From the IMG/VR virus record IMGVR_UViG_3300005805_000004, positions 1 to 42,769 of that record: a DNA stretch of 42,769 nucleotides; one strand, written 5' to 3'. This document shows, one piece after another, positions 8,014 to 16,119 of the stretch. Each line of letters begins with the position of its first letter. Position 1 is the first letter of the stretch. A program made the position numbers and the translations under genes. The DNA is from a virus. Taxonomy: Duplodnaviria; Caudoviricetes. Under the pieces are notes generated by a model. It was given only the letters and a program-made list of their open reading frames with translations, was not told the origin of the DNA and made no database searches.

Positions 8014-9270
8014 TCAGCGCGATCCATAACGTCGCTTGCCGCTTGCACGTTGAACAGCAACACGCTTGGTGCTATACAGCTTTTTCGATGCACCACCAAG
8101 CAATGAGAGTTGACGGTTTCCTGTGTCAGAGCGACGAATACCAGATCTGCCACCACCACCGGTAGCACTAAAAGCACCGGGACGTGCATTTTGTAGGTCG
8201 TAACGCACCCGACGTGTCAGATCGTTAGCGCGGATGTTCTGACGGTTTGCGGCCTTGTTCTTGCCACGGAATACGACCTTGCTGCCGGTGCCGGCAGGGC
8301 GTGCAGCAAGTGCCTGAGCCCTTGCGCTTACGGCCTTCTGGTAGTTAAGGCTATCGGTTTCTTGCTGGAAGTATTTGACGCGGCGGTTTGCCGTTTGAAG
8401 ACGATTGTTGCGTGAGCGAGCCGTATCGGGAGCCTTTGGCCCCATGTCGCGGGTCTTCAGCGCTTTAGCCGTAGGCGCATTGGCAGCGGCAATGTTGGTG
8501 AGGCGTTGGGCTTTAGCGCGGATGTTGGTAGCGGTAGCCAGACCGCCTGCGTTGCGAGCCCTGCCCGAATTAGCTGATGAATTGCGCTCAATGTTGGCAG
8601 CAGCTTGGTTCTTTCGCCTGATGTTGCCCTGACCTAGTTGGTTATATGCGCCAGGCTTGTTGCGATTCGGCTTTTGAGTGCTGTAACGGGTTGGGTTCTT
8701 CAAGCCAGCTGCAACGGCAGCCTGTTGTTGGGCATAGGTCTTGCCGACCATGCCGCTCATTCCACCGGCTTTACGGGTGAGGAAGGCCTTGGCGCGGACG
8801 CCGACTTCTGTGGCGTTGAGGCGCTTGATGCCTTGCTTGGAGGAAGCGTTGGCGGTGACGGCATTGACGCGGCCGGTGACACGAGAGACCTTGTCAGGGG
8901 TGATGCGTCCACTGGCTTTATTTGCTGCAGGCTTAGCGCGCAGCTCAGAGGCTCTGGATTGCGCTGCTGATGGCTTTACCTTTCCGGTAATTGCTCCAGG
9001 CTTCAAACCCTTGGGCTTTCCAACGGTGCCACCGGCACGGCCACTAGCAATCTTGGCGGTCTGCGTGGCCCTCTTGTTGCCCTTGGCAGTTGCAAGCCGC
9101 CCACCACGAGCTGTTGCACCTGACCCACCGACGCCAGTGATCTTGCCGCTGTTGTCTCGCGTGAGGCGGTTGGTGCCGCGACTAATCCCACGAGCAGCAG
9201 GCTTACCACCACCACCGCCACCACCACCGGCAAAGCGACCGTTTTTATCGCGTTTGTAGGTGCGAGCCAT
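8014..9270 (-). CDS. Highly basic low-complexity protein, 418 aa (putative DNA-condensing/core protein)
   Basis: Likely start MARTYKRDKNGRFA at 9270, preceded by the late motif; R/K/G/A-rich with about 13 acidic residues. Confidence 0.75.
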   Translation of the reverse strand: MARTYKRDKNGRFAGGGGGGGGKPAARGISRGTNRLTRDNSGKITGVGGSGATARGGRLATAKGNKRATQTAKIASGRAGGTVGKPKGLKPGAITGKVKPSAAQSRASELRAKPAANKASGRITPDKVSRVTGRVNAVTANASSKQGIKRLNATEVGVRAKAFLTRKAGGMSGMVGKTYAQQQAAVAAGLKNPTRYSTQKPNRNKPGAYNQLGQGNIRRKNQAAANIERNSSANSGRARNAGGLATATNIRAKAQRLTNIAAANAPTAKALKTRDMGPKAPDTARSRNNRLQTANRRVKYFQQETDSLNYQKAVSARAQALAARPAGTGSKVVFRGKNKAANRQNIRANDLTRRVRYDLQNARPGAFSATGGGGRSGIRRSDTGNRQLSLLGGASKKLYSTKRVAVQRASGKRRYGSR

Positions 9271-9299
9271 GACCAAGGCCTTTTGCCTAGGTTTCCGGC

Positions 9300-9623
9300 T
9301 CAGCTCATCTCGAAGCGGAGCAACTTGGCTTGGTCTTCGAGGGCCTTGAGGGCAATGGAGATCTGGTTTTTGTCTGAGGCGCGGCGTTCGTATTCCTGAA
9401 GGCGAGCGATTGCGGCTGCCAGCCACTGCGGGCGCTCTAGTTCGGCGTCAAGTTGCATGAGCTGCCGAGCGCGGGCCATGTAGTTTTCGGCCTGACGATC
9501 ACCGACGCCCCAAGTATCCGAACAGAATCGAATGATTTGAGTACGACTGTATGCGCGTAGGAGCAAGTCGTAAATAGTATTTACGCGGTCGTCTATTTCG
9601 GTGTTGGTACTCTTTTTTGCCAT
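9300..9623 (-). CDS. Probable terminase small subunit (HTH plus helical)
   Basis: SRTQIIRF...WGVGDRQAENYM HTH; upstream of terL. Confidence 0.55.
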   Translation of the reverse strand: MAKKSTNTEIDDRVNTIYDLLLRAYSRTQIIRFCSDTWGVGDRQAENYMARARQLMQLDAELERPQWLAAAIARLQEYERRASDKNQISIALKALEDQAKLLRFEMS

Positions 9624-9632
9624 GGCCGGAGT

Positions 9633-9950
9633 TTAACCGGGGGACGGCATGAAGAGGGTGCCGTCTGAGGCTAGGACGGTGAGGCGCAATTCAGCGTCTG
9701 CTAGGCCGTAAGCCCAGATGGTGCCCATGCGCGGGAGTGTTTCGGGTGAGACGGTGAAGGTGAAGACGTAGTTACCTTCGGGGTTGTCTTGGGAGGCAGT
9801 GGGGAGGTAGAGGCCGGTGAGGCGGAAGGTAGCGAGGAGCTGGCGGGCGATGTATTCAGCTTCGGCCATGGTGGAATCGTCATTGAAGACGAGACCGAAG
9901 GGTTCACCGGTGTAGGGGTATTCAGCTACGACGGACCACGGGTCATACAT
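9633..9950 (-). CDS. Hypothetical protein
   Basis: Start MYDPW at 9950 chosen because a late motif lies at 9970-9979. Confidence 0.6.
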   Translation of the reverse strand: MYDPWSVVAEYPYTGEPFGLVFNDDSTMAEAEYIARQLLATFRLTGLYLPTASQDNPEGNYVFTFTVSPETLPRMGTIWAYGLADAELRLTVLASDGTLFMPSPG

Positions 9951-9969
9951 GGTGCCAGGGCTGGCTGGT

Positions 9970-10410
9970 TTAAGTTGCCGCAAGGGGGATGATGGTGATG
10001 AGAGCACCGGGGCGTTCATCTGGGGTGGTGTAGCGCTTGTGAGCGGATAGTTGAACCACCTGAGAATCGTCGTGAAGAAGCGTGCCAGTGAGGGCATCAA
10101 GGACGGCACGGGAGAGTTTGTCGATGTCGCCTTTGTGTTTAGAGGTTAGGTGGGTTGGCGCTTTGGGGGATAGGCCGGACTTGTTGAAGTGGGTTTTAGG
10201 GCGAAGGAATCGGAAGGTGATGGAGATAGAGACTGGTGCTGTTGTGAGGGGGTAGTTAGTTGATAGTGCGGCGTCAGTGATGTAAGAGCGCCAAGGGCGT
10301 AGGCGTTGATTGGTTTCAAGCATGATGCCGTTTGGCATGGCACGTTTAGAGCCTTGCGTGGCGGCTTCCATGCCGATGACATCGAAGGTGATGGCATCAG
10401 GCTGCGGCAA
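9970..10410 (-). CDS. rusA: RusA-family Holliday junction resolvase
   Basis: QGSKR...DIDKLSRAVLDALTG...DDSQVV; start uncertain (TTG 10410 or ATG 10371). Confidence 0.88.
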   Translation of the reverse strand: MPQPDAITFDVIGMEAATQGSKRAMPNGIMLETNQRLRPWRSYITDAALSTNYPLTTAPVSISITFRFLRPKTHFNKSGLSPKAPTHLTSKHKGDIDKLSRAVLDALTGTLLHDDSQVVQLSAHKRYTTPDERPGALITIIPLAAT

Positions 10411-10654
10411 CGGTGGTGATGACTGCGGCAACGACGGCTTCGAGTTGACAGCGTGGGATGCCGGAAACGGTGCGAGCAGCGTTGTCGATGGCGCGTTGGT
10501 AGGTGTTGAGGTCAACTGGTGGTGAAGCGACGGTGCCGACTGCACGTTCACGGATTAGTTGGCCGCGAGTGATTTTAAGAGAGGCCGCTTGACGGTCTAG
10601 GGCGTGGCGTTCAGCATCGGAGAGATAAATTTCAACGCCTTTTCGACGTTCCAT
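10397..10654 (-). CDS. Ribbon-helix-helix (CopG/MobC-like) protein
   Basis: VEIYLSDAERHALDRQAASLKITRGQLIRERA. Confidence 0.65.
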   Translation of the reverse strand: MERRKGVEIYLSDAERHALDRQAASLKITRGQLIRERAVGTVASPPVDLNTYQRAIDNAARTVSGIPRCQLEAVVAAVITTVAAA

Positions 10655-10841
10655 GAGTGTGAGTGAGAGCTCTGATGATCAGTGTGGCAAGTGGGATGCG
10701 TGATTGCTGTTGCTGAAGGAACCAGCGTTCAGCAATGAGGGCATCAGAAGGGTTGTCGGAGAAGGTGCCGTATGGTGTGAGGTAGGTGCCAGTGATGGAG
10801 ATAAGCCAACAGGGCTGGTGATCGTGTGGTGTCATGGTCAT
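10632..10841 (-). CDS. Hypothetical protein
   Basis: 69 aa ORF in a tightly packed early operon. Confidence 0.5.
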   Translation of the reverse strand: MTMTPHDHQPCWLISITGTYLTPYGTFSDNPSDALIAERWFLQQQQSRIPLATLIIRALTHTHGTSKRR

Positions 10842-11194
10842 GCACCAGAGACAACCCAGTAATGCTTTGCGGTTAGCGTGGCCTCGCCCAAGGCGACCGA
10901 TAGTCGTTCGGAAGCTTTGAGCTGTTCGCGTTGTTCGAGGATGTGTTGTGGGTAGGTGTAGGAGTTACGAGAACGGCGAGTGATTTTGCAGTCGTTCCAC
11001 GTGAGGTGATCGTCTGCTTCACCTGCTTCCACCAGTTGATCCAGTGTGTCAAGGAGCTCTTGGCGTCGTGCTTGGAGTGCTTTCTCACTAGCAGCTATGG
11101 AGGTGAGTTCTTCTAGGAGGGCATCAAGAGAAGGCGGTGTAGACGAGGGCTGCGATGAGAGCACAGGTCCAGAGGAAAGTGATGAGATCGCCAT
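10838..11194 (-). CDS. Hypothetical coiled-coil protein
   Basis: ORF with an ATGA overlap at its 3' end; start uncertain. Confidence 0.6.
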   Translation of the reverse strand: MAISSLSSGPVLSSQPSSTPPSLDALLEELTSIAASEKALQARRQELLDTLDQLVEAGEADDHLTWNDCKITRRSRNSYTYPQHILEQREQLKASERLSVALGEATLTAKHYWVVSGA

Positions 11195-11327
11195 GACGCT
11201 CAAGGAAGGATTGTTGTTTGGAGGGCTTGCGGTGCGGACGTGAGGGCACTGTTTGGAGAGGTGTGGTGCGTGAGTAGCTGGGGCGTGTGGCGCGTGTGAT
11301 GAATGGAGGAAGGGATGGTGAAGTCAT
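11124..11327 (-). CDS. Small protein with C-terminal TM helix
   Basis: LITFLWTCALIAALVYTAFS; ATGA-coupled to the upstream ORF. Confidence 0.55.
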   Translation of the reverse strand: MTSPSLPPFITRATRPSYSRTTPLQTVPSRPHRKPSKQQSFLERHGDLITFLWTCALIAALVYTAFS

Positions 11328-11497
11328 TGGGGTCTCCAGCCGTTGCGGTAGGCGAGAGTGATGAGTGTTTGACGGTTGTGGGTGAAGAAGGGGATGCCGT
11401 GGTCTTCGAGGAACTCGGAGGCGTCTTCTTCGTGGATGTCGTTGGTGATGGCCTGTTCAAGGAGGAAAGCAAGCTGAGGCTCGTTAGCGCTAGCCAT
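11324..11497 (-). CDS. Small hypothetical protein, 57 aa
   Basis: Hand translation MASANEPQLAFLLEQAITNDIHEEDASEFLEDHGIPFFTHNRQTLITLAYRNGWRPQ; coupled on both sides. Confidence 0.7.
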   Translation of the reverse strand: MASANEPQLAFLLEQAITNDIHEEDASEFLEDHGIPFFTHNRQTLITLAYRNGWRPQ

Positions 11498-11745
11498 CAG
11501 AGGAAAGAGAAGGAGTTGCGGGACTCGATGGAGCGGGGTTCGTCGTACCAGTCGCTGTCATCAGCGCGGACAGCAGGTGGGACGTATTGAACGGTGTAGG
11601 GGATACCTGCGGCTAGGAAAGTGGCGTGCAGGTCATCGAGGTCGTGCTCGTGACACCACTCAGAGAGGATGGCGCTGTTGAAGAGATAGCGCTCAGCCCA
11701 GCCGAAGGGAGCAGCGTCAGGGAGAACCGTACAGAGCGGGTTCAT
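11497..11745 (-). CDS. Hypothetical protein, first gene of an early operon
   Basis: 82 aa ORF just downstream of a strong promoter. Confidence 0.65.
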   Translation of the reverse strand: MNPLCTVLPDAAPFGWAERYLFNSAILSEWCHEHDLDDLHATFLAAGIPYTVQYVPPAVRADDSDWYDEPRSIESRNSFSFL

Positions 11746-11782
11746 GGTCGAAGGATGCGGTGGGGTCGCCCCCGTGAACAGA

Positions 11783-11811
11783 ACAATAGGCTAGCCAACG
11801 CTAGGTGTCAA
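11783..11811 (-). promoter_or_regulatory. Early sigma70 promoter with CTAG-N6-CTAG operator in the spacer
   Basis: TTGACA-CCTAGCGTTGGCTAGCC(17)-TATTGT. Confidence 0.8.
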
Positions 11812-11830
11812 GGGTGGCTAGGGAAGAGGG

Positions 11831-11905
11831 TGCCGGGATTCCGATGGTGCCGCATGCACCTGCCCTGATTTCCCTTGCGGGTGTTGTATTCGGGCCATCC
11901 CGGCA
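11831..11905 (-). ncRNA. Candidate three-stem-junction structured RNA
   Basis: P1 TGCCGGGAT/ATCCCGGCA encloses GCCC..CCC-GCAA-GGG..GGGC and GGTGC-ATGCG-GCACC. Confidence 0.5.
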
Positions 11906-11961
11906 GGGTAAGAGTGCCACGGGATGGGGCGATGGTGGACTAGCGGGCGCTGATTAGCGGC

Positions 11962-12720
11962 TTAGAAGGGGCGGAAGCGAGTGGCGTATTCCTCGCAGAC
12001 ATCAAGCCAGGCTTGAAGGCACTCGTCAGCGGTGTGGGTTTGGATGACGAGGCTGCCGGGGCGTGACCAAAGCGTGAGGCAGCGGGAGATGAGGAGCTTG
12101 TAGTTGTCGACGATCATTTCCACACCAGCACCGAGTTGCGGGCGGGTGTCGTAGGGGGTGGAGCGCTCGGAGCTTTGGGTTTTGAGATCGGCGATGCCGT
12201 AGGTGCCATCAGGGAAGCGGATTACGAGGTCAGCAGTACCAGCGACGTTGCGTCGCAGGCTGTAGGCCATCACCTCTGCGCCGATCACGCTGATGGAGTC
12301 CCACAGCTCGTCGGACAGCAAGGGTTCGATCCAAGCGCCGTAGTCACCATGGGGCGGTGGAGACAGGTTCGGCGGTGGGTTGGGGTTGAAGCGTTGGTGC
12401 GCCATCACCTCTAGGGCTTGGTGAATGGTGTTGCCCCGTGGTTCCCAGATGTGACGGCTGGCCATGATCGCTGCCATCTGGGCCTCCGTCTTGGTGACGG
12501 CTGAGATCAGGCTGGTGACGCTCACCGGGAACTGGTGGCCATTGGTAAGGCAGTAGGTCCACGTTTTTTGGTCCCTCGTTAGGCCTAGTGGCTGCAGCCA
12601 CGTCGAAGTCGCGTGGGCTGATGGGTTGGACGGCTTCGCCGGTGTTGGGGGATCGGAGCGGGTTGGCATAGGGCGTGGGTGGTTCGTAGGTGTCGGAGAA
12701 GTATTTGGAACGGCGGGCAT
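11962..12720 (-). CDS. PD-(D/E)XK exonuclease-like protein
   Basis: SVTSLI...RGNTIH...E...AGTADL...IADLKT...QL motif order; start uncertain. Confidence 0.8.
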   Translation of the reverse strand: MPAVPNTSPTPTNHPRPMPTRSDPPTPAKPSNPSAHATSTWLQPLGLTRDQKTWTYCLTNGHQFPVSVTSLISAVTKTEAQMAAIMASRHIWEPRGNTIHQALEVMAHQRFNPNPPPNLSPPPHGDYGAWIEPLLSDELWDSISVIGAEVMAYSLRRNVAGTADLVIRFPDGTYGIADLKTQSSERSTPYDTRPQLGAGVEMIVDNYKLLISRCLTLWSRPGSLVIQTHTADECLQAWLDVCEEYATRFRPF

Positions 12721-12841
12721 CTAGGAGCTGCCGTTCGTAGTCAGGTGAGGGGAAGTCGAGGTGTTCAAGCGTCCAATGGCCGGCATTGATGCCGCGCTGC
12801 AGCAGTGCCTGCACGCTGCTGAGATCAAAGGCTGGTTTCAT
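12344..12841 (-). CDS. Hypothetical protein overlapping the nuclease gene
   Basis: N-terminus MKPAFDLSSVQALLQRGINAGHWTLEHLD looks coding; the C-terminal half may be an off-frame read. Confidence 0.5.
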   Translation of the reverse strand: MKPAFDLSSVQALLQRGINAGHWTLEHLDFPSPDYERQLLDARRSKYFSDTYEPPTPYANPLRSPNTGEAVQPISPRDFDVAAATRPNEGPKNVDLLPYQWPPVPGERHQPDLSRHQDGGPDGSDHGQPSHLGTTGQHHSPSPRGDGAPTLQPQPTAEPVSTAPW

Positions 12842-12842
12842 A

Positions 12843-12864
12843 CAAGAAAGGGGCCGAAGCCCCT
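12843..12864 (-). terminator. Terminator-like hairpin after the two-gene cassette
   Basis: AGGGGC-TTCG-GCCCCT-TTCTTG. Confidence 0.65.
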
Positions 12865-12868
12865 GTGA

Positions 12869-13927
12869 TCAAACTTGAACGGTGGTCATGTCGATGCCAG
12901 TTGGTGGATTGCAGGACTGAGCCAACTGAGCTGATTCCTTTAGGTCTTTGCCCATCTCAAGGATGCGCTGCAGGTCGTCGGCAACCGTGATGAAGCCACG
13001 GTAGTCAGTGCCACGCAGCTCTTCGAGGAGTTGTGTGCCATAGAGGTTGCTGACACGGCGGAGGTATCCAGCTAACTGATGAACGGCAGAGCAAGCAGCC
13101 AGTAAGACCTTGTTGTAAGCCTGGATCTCGGCATCAAGCAGCTCACGATGCTCGCGGTCTGCCTTTGAGAGTTCGTCTTTGACTTGCTGAACACGCTGCT
13201 GCTGCTCGCGCTCTGGTGCTTCGGCGCGAATGCTGCCAAGCACATCAGCCAAATCAGGTGCTGGACCGACGTTGACTGTGCGAGTGCTGGCAGGGCGGTT
13301 TTCATCATCGACTGATGCTCTTAATTCTCGGATGACCTTTGGAGTGATTGCAGCACCCTTGTTGGAGTCCACCCACTCAAACATCTTGGAAAGCACTTCG
13401 GCATTAGCTTCAGCGGCAATCAACCGAACAGCAGCGATGCCAATGAAGTCGGTATGAGCAAGCTGCTTTTCAACAATCCTTAAGGCATCACCAGAAAGGT
13501 TCTGAATCAAGCAGATGGTTGAAGGGCCCAGGTTCTGCAGACCATTACCTAACGTGTCAGAGAATGGTTTTGACGCAAGGAAAGCAGCTGCCTTCAAATA
13601 TGTATCAACTGTTTGCCTTGACTTGTCCCCTTGCAAAGGCAGCTTGCCTTGTTCAAAGGCAGACCAAAATCGAGATTTCTTAGTGCCGTGATAGCCGACT
13701 TCTCCACCACGGCCAGCAGATGGATCATTGGCATCCATCTCCTTCTTTAGCTCATAGAGCTTGATCGCAAGCTGGGTTCGAGCCGCGCTAGCATGAGAAG
13801 CGGACTGCCAACACTGGCCAATTAGATTGATCTCAGTGTCTGAAAAGCCTTCTGCCTTTAGATCAGCAAAGAAGGACTGATAGCCGGCCATCAAGTCCGG
13901 CCTTACGGCTGTTGCGAGTTGTGTCAT
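12869..13927 (-). CDS. Hypothetical protein, DUF3102-like N-terminus and coiled-coil C-terminus
   Basis: LAIKLYELKK...HG...FW...SRQTVDTYLKAA resembles DUF3102 by eye only. Confidence 0.6.
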   Translation of the reverse strand: MTQLATAVRPDLMAGYQSFFADLKAEGFSDTEINLIGQCWQSASHASAARTQLAIKLYELKKEMDANDPSAGRGGEVGYHGTKKSRFWSAFEQGKLPLQGDKSRQTVDTYLKAAAFLASKPFSDTLGNGLQNLGPSTICLIQNLSGDALRIVEKQLAHTDFIGIAAVRLIAAEANAEVLSKMFEWVDSNKGAAITPKVIRELRASVDDENRPASTRTVNVGPAPDLADVLGSIRAEAPEREQQQRVQQVKDELSKADREHRELLDAEIQAYNKVLLAACSAVHQLAGYLRRVSNLYGTQLLEELRGTDYRGFITVADDLQRILEMGKDLKESAQLAQSCNPPTGIDMTTVQV

Positions 13928-13931
13928 GGCG

Positions 13932-13951
13932 AAAGGGGGCCAAAGCCCCCC
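13932..13951 (-). terminator. Hairpin between the cassette genes
   Basis: GGGGGC-TTTG-GCCCCC-TTT, ending 4 nt before the next ATG. Confidence 0.45.
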
Positions 13952-13973
13952 GGTAGATGGTTCAAGAAAAAAC

Positions 13974-14576
13974 TCAGTTGCTGCTGCTCAACTGCTTTGC
14001 TTCCTCGTGTGCCTTAAGGAAGATCTGCGCAGTTGCCGGTAGAACCACAGCCTGACCGGATTGCTGCAGGCTTGCGGCACAGCTCTTGACGGTCTCAAAC
14101 TGACGATCCAGCAGCTCCAAGTTGGCGATCAGCTTCTCGGTGCGCTCACGCAGCGTGTCTTGGTTGACGATGAAGACGCGCTCACCGCTGCGGTCCACCT
14201 TCAACCTGAAGGCATCCTCTAGCCACTGACGCACAACCAGCATGTGCTGATAGGCGCTGTCTTGGCTGATGCCACAGGCTGTAGCGATTTCAGCAAATGT
14301 GGTGTCGCAGCCGTAGAACTGAAAAGCGATGAGGCACTTGGCCTTGCTGTTGGGGCCGCCAGCACGGGTGACCAGATCCGGGTTGGCTTCTGCCAAAGCT
14401 AAGTAGAGGCCAGCATCCGCACGGAGCAGGGTCTCGGTCTCTTGGATGGATTTCCCGAGGAATGCAAAACGAGGCTTGACGCGCTGAGTTGTCTCGTTGA
14501 AGAAGCGCGAAAAGTCGAGAGGGGTCATGGAGAATGTGCCCAACCCTTGGCCGGGCATGAAAGGTGGACTGGCCAT
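13974..14576 (-). CDS. Hypothetical HTH-containing protein
   Basis: TTFAEIATACGISQDSAYQHM HTH followed by coiled coil. Confidence 0.65.
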   Translation of the reverse strand: MASPPFMPGQGLGTFSMTPLDFSRFFNETTQRVKPRFAFLGKSIQETETLLRADAGLYLALAEANPDLVTRAGGPNSKAKCLIAFQFYGCDTTFAEIATACGISQDSAYQHMLVVRQWLEDAFRLKVDRSGERVFIVNQDTLRERTEKLIANLELLDRQFETVKSCAASLQQSGQAVVLPATAQIFLKAHEEAKQLSSSN

Positions 14577-14626
14577 GGGCCAGGAGCGGGGCGGGGGCCG
14601 AATCCCGCCTTGTTCCGCGTTTGCAG

Positions 14627-14657
14627 AGATTAGCGCTACCTAGCCGTAGTTTGTCAA
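14627..14657 (-). promoter_or_regulatory. Sigma70-type promoter with TTAG-N6-CTAG operator
   Basis: TTGACA-19 nt-TAATCT; operator at 14630-14643. Confidence 0.55.
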
Positions 14658-14663
14658 ACGGTT

Positions 14664-15011
14664 TTATGTAGCCGATGCGACGCGAATCAGCGAACGCCAT
14701 ACGGCAACAGGTCGGCGATTGGCAGATGGGCGTGTGGTGGGCACCACGCGGTCGGTCTTGAGGATCAAGTTGTCCATGGCCGCTGCCCGCATCACGGCAC
14801 CCATGGCGCGGTGCTCACGGGTGGTGAAGCCAAGCGCTTCAAGCTCAGCCCAAACGGAATCAGCCGTGAACTCGCGCTTGGTTTCAGCCAAGTGCCGAAC
14901 GATGGCAGTAGCAGCTGCCTTCCAGCTGGTGTTGGCGTTGTCCCAAGCGCGGGCCATACCGTCCGCTTTTCCTGCTTCGCCTTGAAGCACAAGTGCGAGT
15001 TGGGTCACCAT
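14664..15011 (-). CDS. Hypothetical winged-helix-like protein
   Basis: FTADSVW...HRAMGAVMRAAA. Confidence 0.6.
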   Translation of the reverse strand: MVTQLALVLQGEAGKADGMARAWDNANTSWKAAATAIVRHLAETKREFTADSVWAELEALGFTTREHRAMGAVMRAAAMDNLILKTDRVVPTTRPSANRRPVAVWRSLIRVASAT

Positions 15012-15400
15012 GCGACCCCCTGCATCAATGGGTTGGTGACAGGTGGCTCAGAAGGCAACACGACTTGCCCTGGCACCGGCTGTGGGTTGAACACGTGTGG
15101 CCGGCTCATCCGATCAGGCAAATCAAGCTTCAAACCCCATTCGACGTTGGCGCGGCCGTTCTCGTTGCGGAACACGTAGGTCAGCAGCTGCAGGTCCAAG
15201 GGCACGTCATCGGCTGGTGCAGGGTCAAGGCGTCGTTGGCCGGCGGCATACAGCCAGATCTCACGAGTCAACTCATGCTTGGCCTTTTCAGGAAATGTCA
15301 TCCATGCCAAAGCCATGGCGGTCTCATCCCAAGGCTTGAAGCGCGGCAGCGTGCGGCTTAGGGCCTGCAACACCTTTGCGAAGTCTTCCTGCGTGATCAT
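15005..15400 (-). CDS. Putative helicase loader/inhibitor-like protein
   Basis: Start MITQEDFAKVLQAL with an ATGA overlap to the upstream gene; position and N-terminus resemble G39P-like proteins. Confidence 0.5.
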   Translation of the reverse strand: MITQEDFAKVLQALSRTLPRFKPWDETAMALAWMTFPEKAKHELTREIWLYAAGQRRLDPAPADDVPLDLQLLTYVFRNENGRANVEWGLKLDLPDRMSRPHVFNPQPVPGQVVLPSEPPVTNPLMQGVAW

Positions 15401-16050
15401 GCGGCCTCCTGCTCGGTTGGGAACATGGCCAAGAAGGAATCCATCACCTGACGGTCGCGGGTGATCGAATCGACGTAGCCGGTGTTGGAGGCCTTCGCGC
15501 TGGGCTTGGTGAAGCGCTCCAAGTTCGCCAGCGTGATGCCTTTCCACTTGCCGTTAATGGCCAGCTCGATCTGCTGACGCAATACAGCATCACCATGGAG
15601 GTCTTGGATCTTGGTCAGCTCAGTGAGCAGTAACGACCAAGCGCGGTCGCCTTTGCTGCCGCCTTTGATCCGCCAGAAATCACGGATCAGATCCTCGTGC
15701 GCCAGCAGGTTGCCCGGAATCTGCTTTGGGTACTTCCTAGGGGTTCCCTCAGACTCCCTCCCGACACCATCCCCCATACCAATGGGGGGAAGGTCAGAAG
15801 AGAAAACGTTCTCAGGAGGAGAGAGGTGATCCTCTGCCGAGCCTTGCTCCGGCTGAGTTTGAGAACCTGTCTCCGTTGTCCGGTGACCTGTGTTTCCCGC
15901 ACCGACACGGTACGCGGGTAGCTTAGGGCTGGTGTCAATAGCGCTAGTTAGCAAAAGGCAGATAAAGCCCTTCCTGTCTAGGAAGTCAGGCTTTGCGGCA
16001 TCAATCCTGTCAAGCAGGTCCGCCGGAATCGTGAAATTAAGCTGTGGCAC
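15397..16050 (-). CDS. Putative replication initiator with RHH-like N-terminus
   Basis: Likely GTG start (PQLNFTIPADLLDRIDA), disordered linker, C-terminal DFW...INGKWKGI domain. Confidence 0.5.
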   Translation of the reverse strand: MPQLNFTIPADLLDRIDAAKPDFLDRKGFICLLLTSAIDTSPKLPAYRVGAGNTGHRTTETGSQTQPEQGSAEDHLSPPENVFSSDLPPIGMGDGVGRESEGTPRKYPKQIPGNLLAHEDLIRDFWRIKGGSKGDRAWSLLLTELTKIQDLHGDAVLRQQIELAINGKWKGITLANLERFTKPSAKASNTGYVDSITRDRQVMDSFLAMFPTEQEAA

Positions 16051-16052
16051 AG

Positions 16053-16118
16053 GCGGTAGTGCTGCGGTAGTGCTGAACCCCACCAGCGGTAGTGCTGCGG
16101 TAGCGCTCAGGTAGTCGA
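16053..16118. repeat. Phased 11-bp direct repeats GCGGTAGTGCT
   Basis: Copies at 16053, 16064, 16086, 16097 (one mismatch) and a degenerate copy at 16108. Confidence 0.85.
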
Positions 16119-16119
16119 G

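Noticed and set aside
9271-9426. N-terminal extension of the basic protein given in the ORF track
   Set aside because: Overlaps the terminase-small candidate and contains the late motif; ATG 9270 is the better start. Similar over-extensions apply to ORF starts 10109, 10551, 15547, 16848, 19012, 24673 and 41549.
11831-11905. Hammerhead/HDV ribozyme or tRNA identity for the structured regions (also 25055-25140)
   Set aside because: No CUGAUGA/GAAA core, no HDV nested pseudoknot, no T-loop or CCA pattern
16053-16118. Mini CRISPR array
   Set aside because: Repeats are 11 bp and abut each other without spacers; no cas genes (the PD-(D/E)XK nuclease lacks a Cas4 cysteine cluster)
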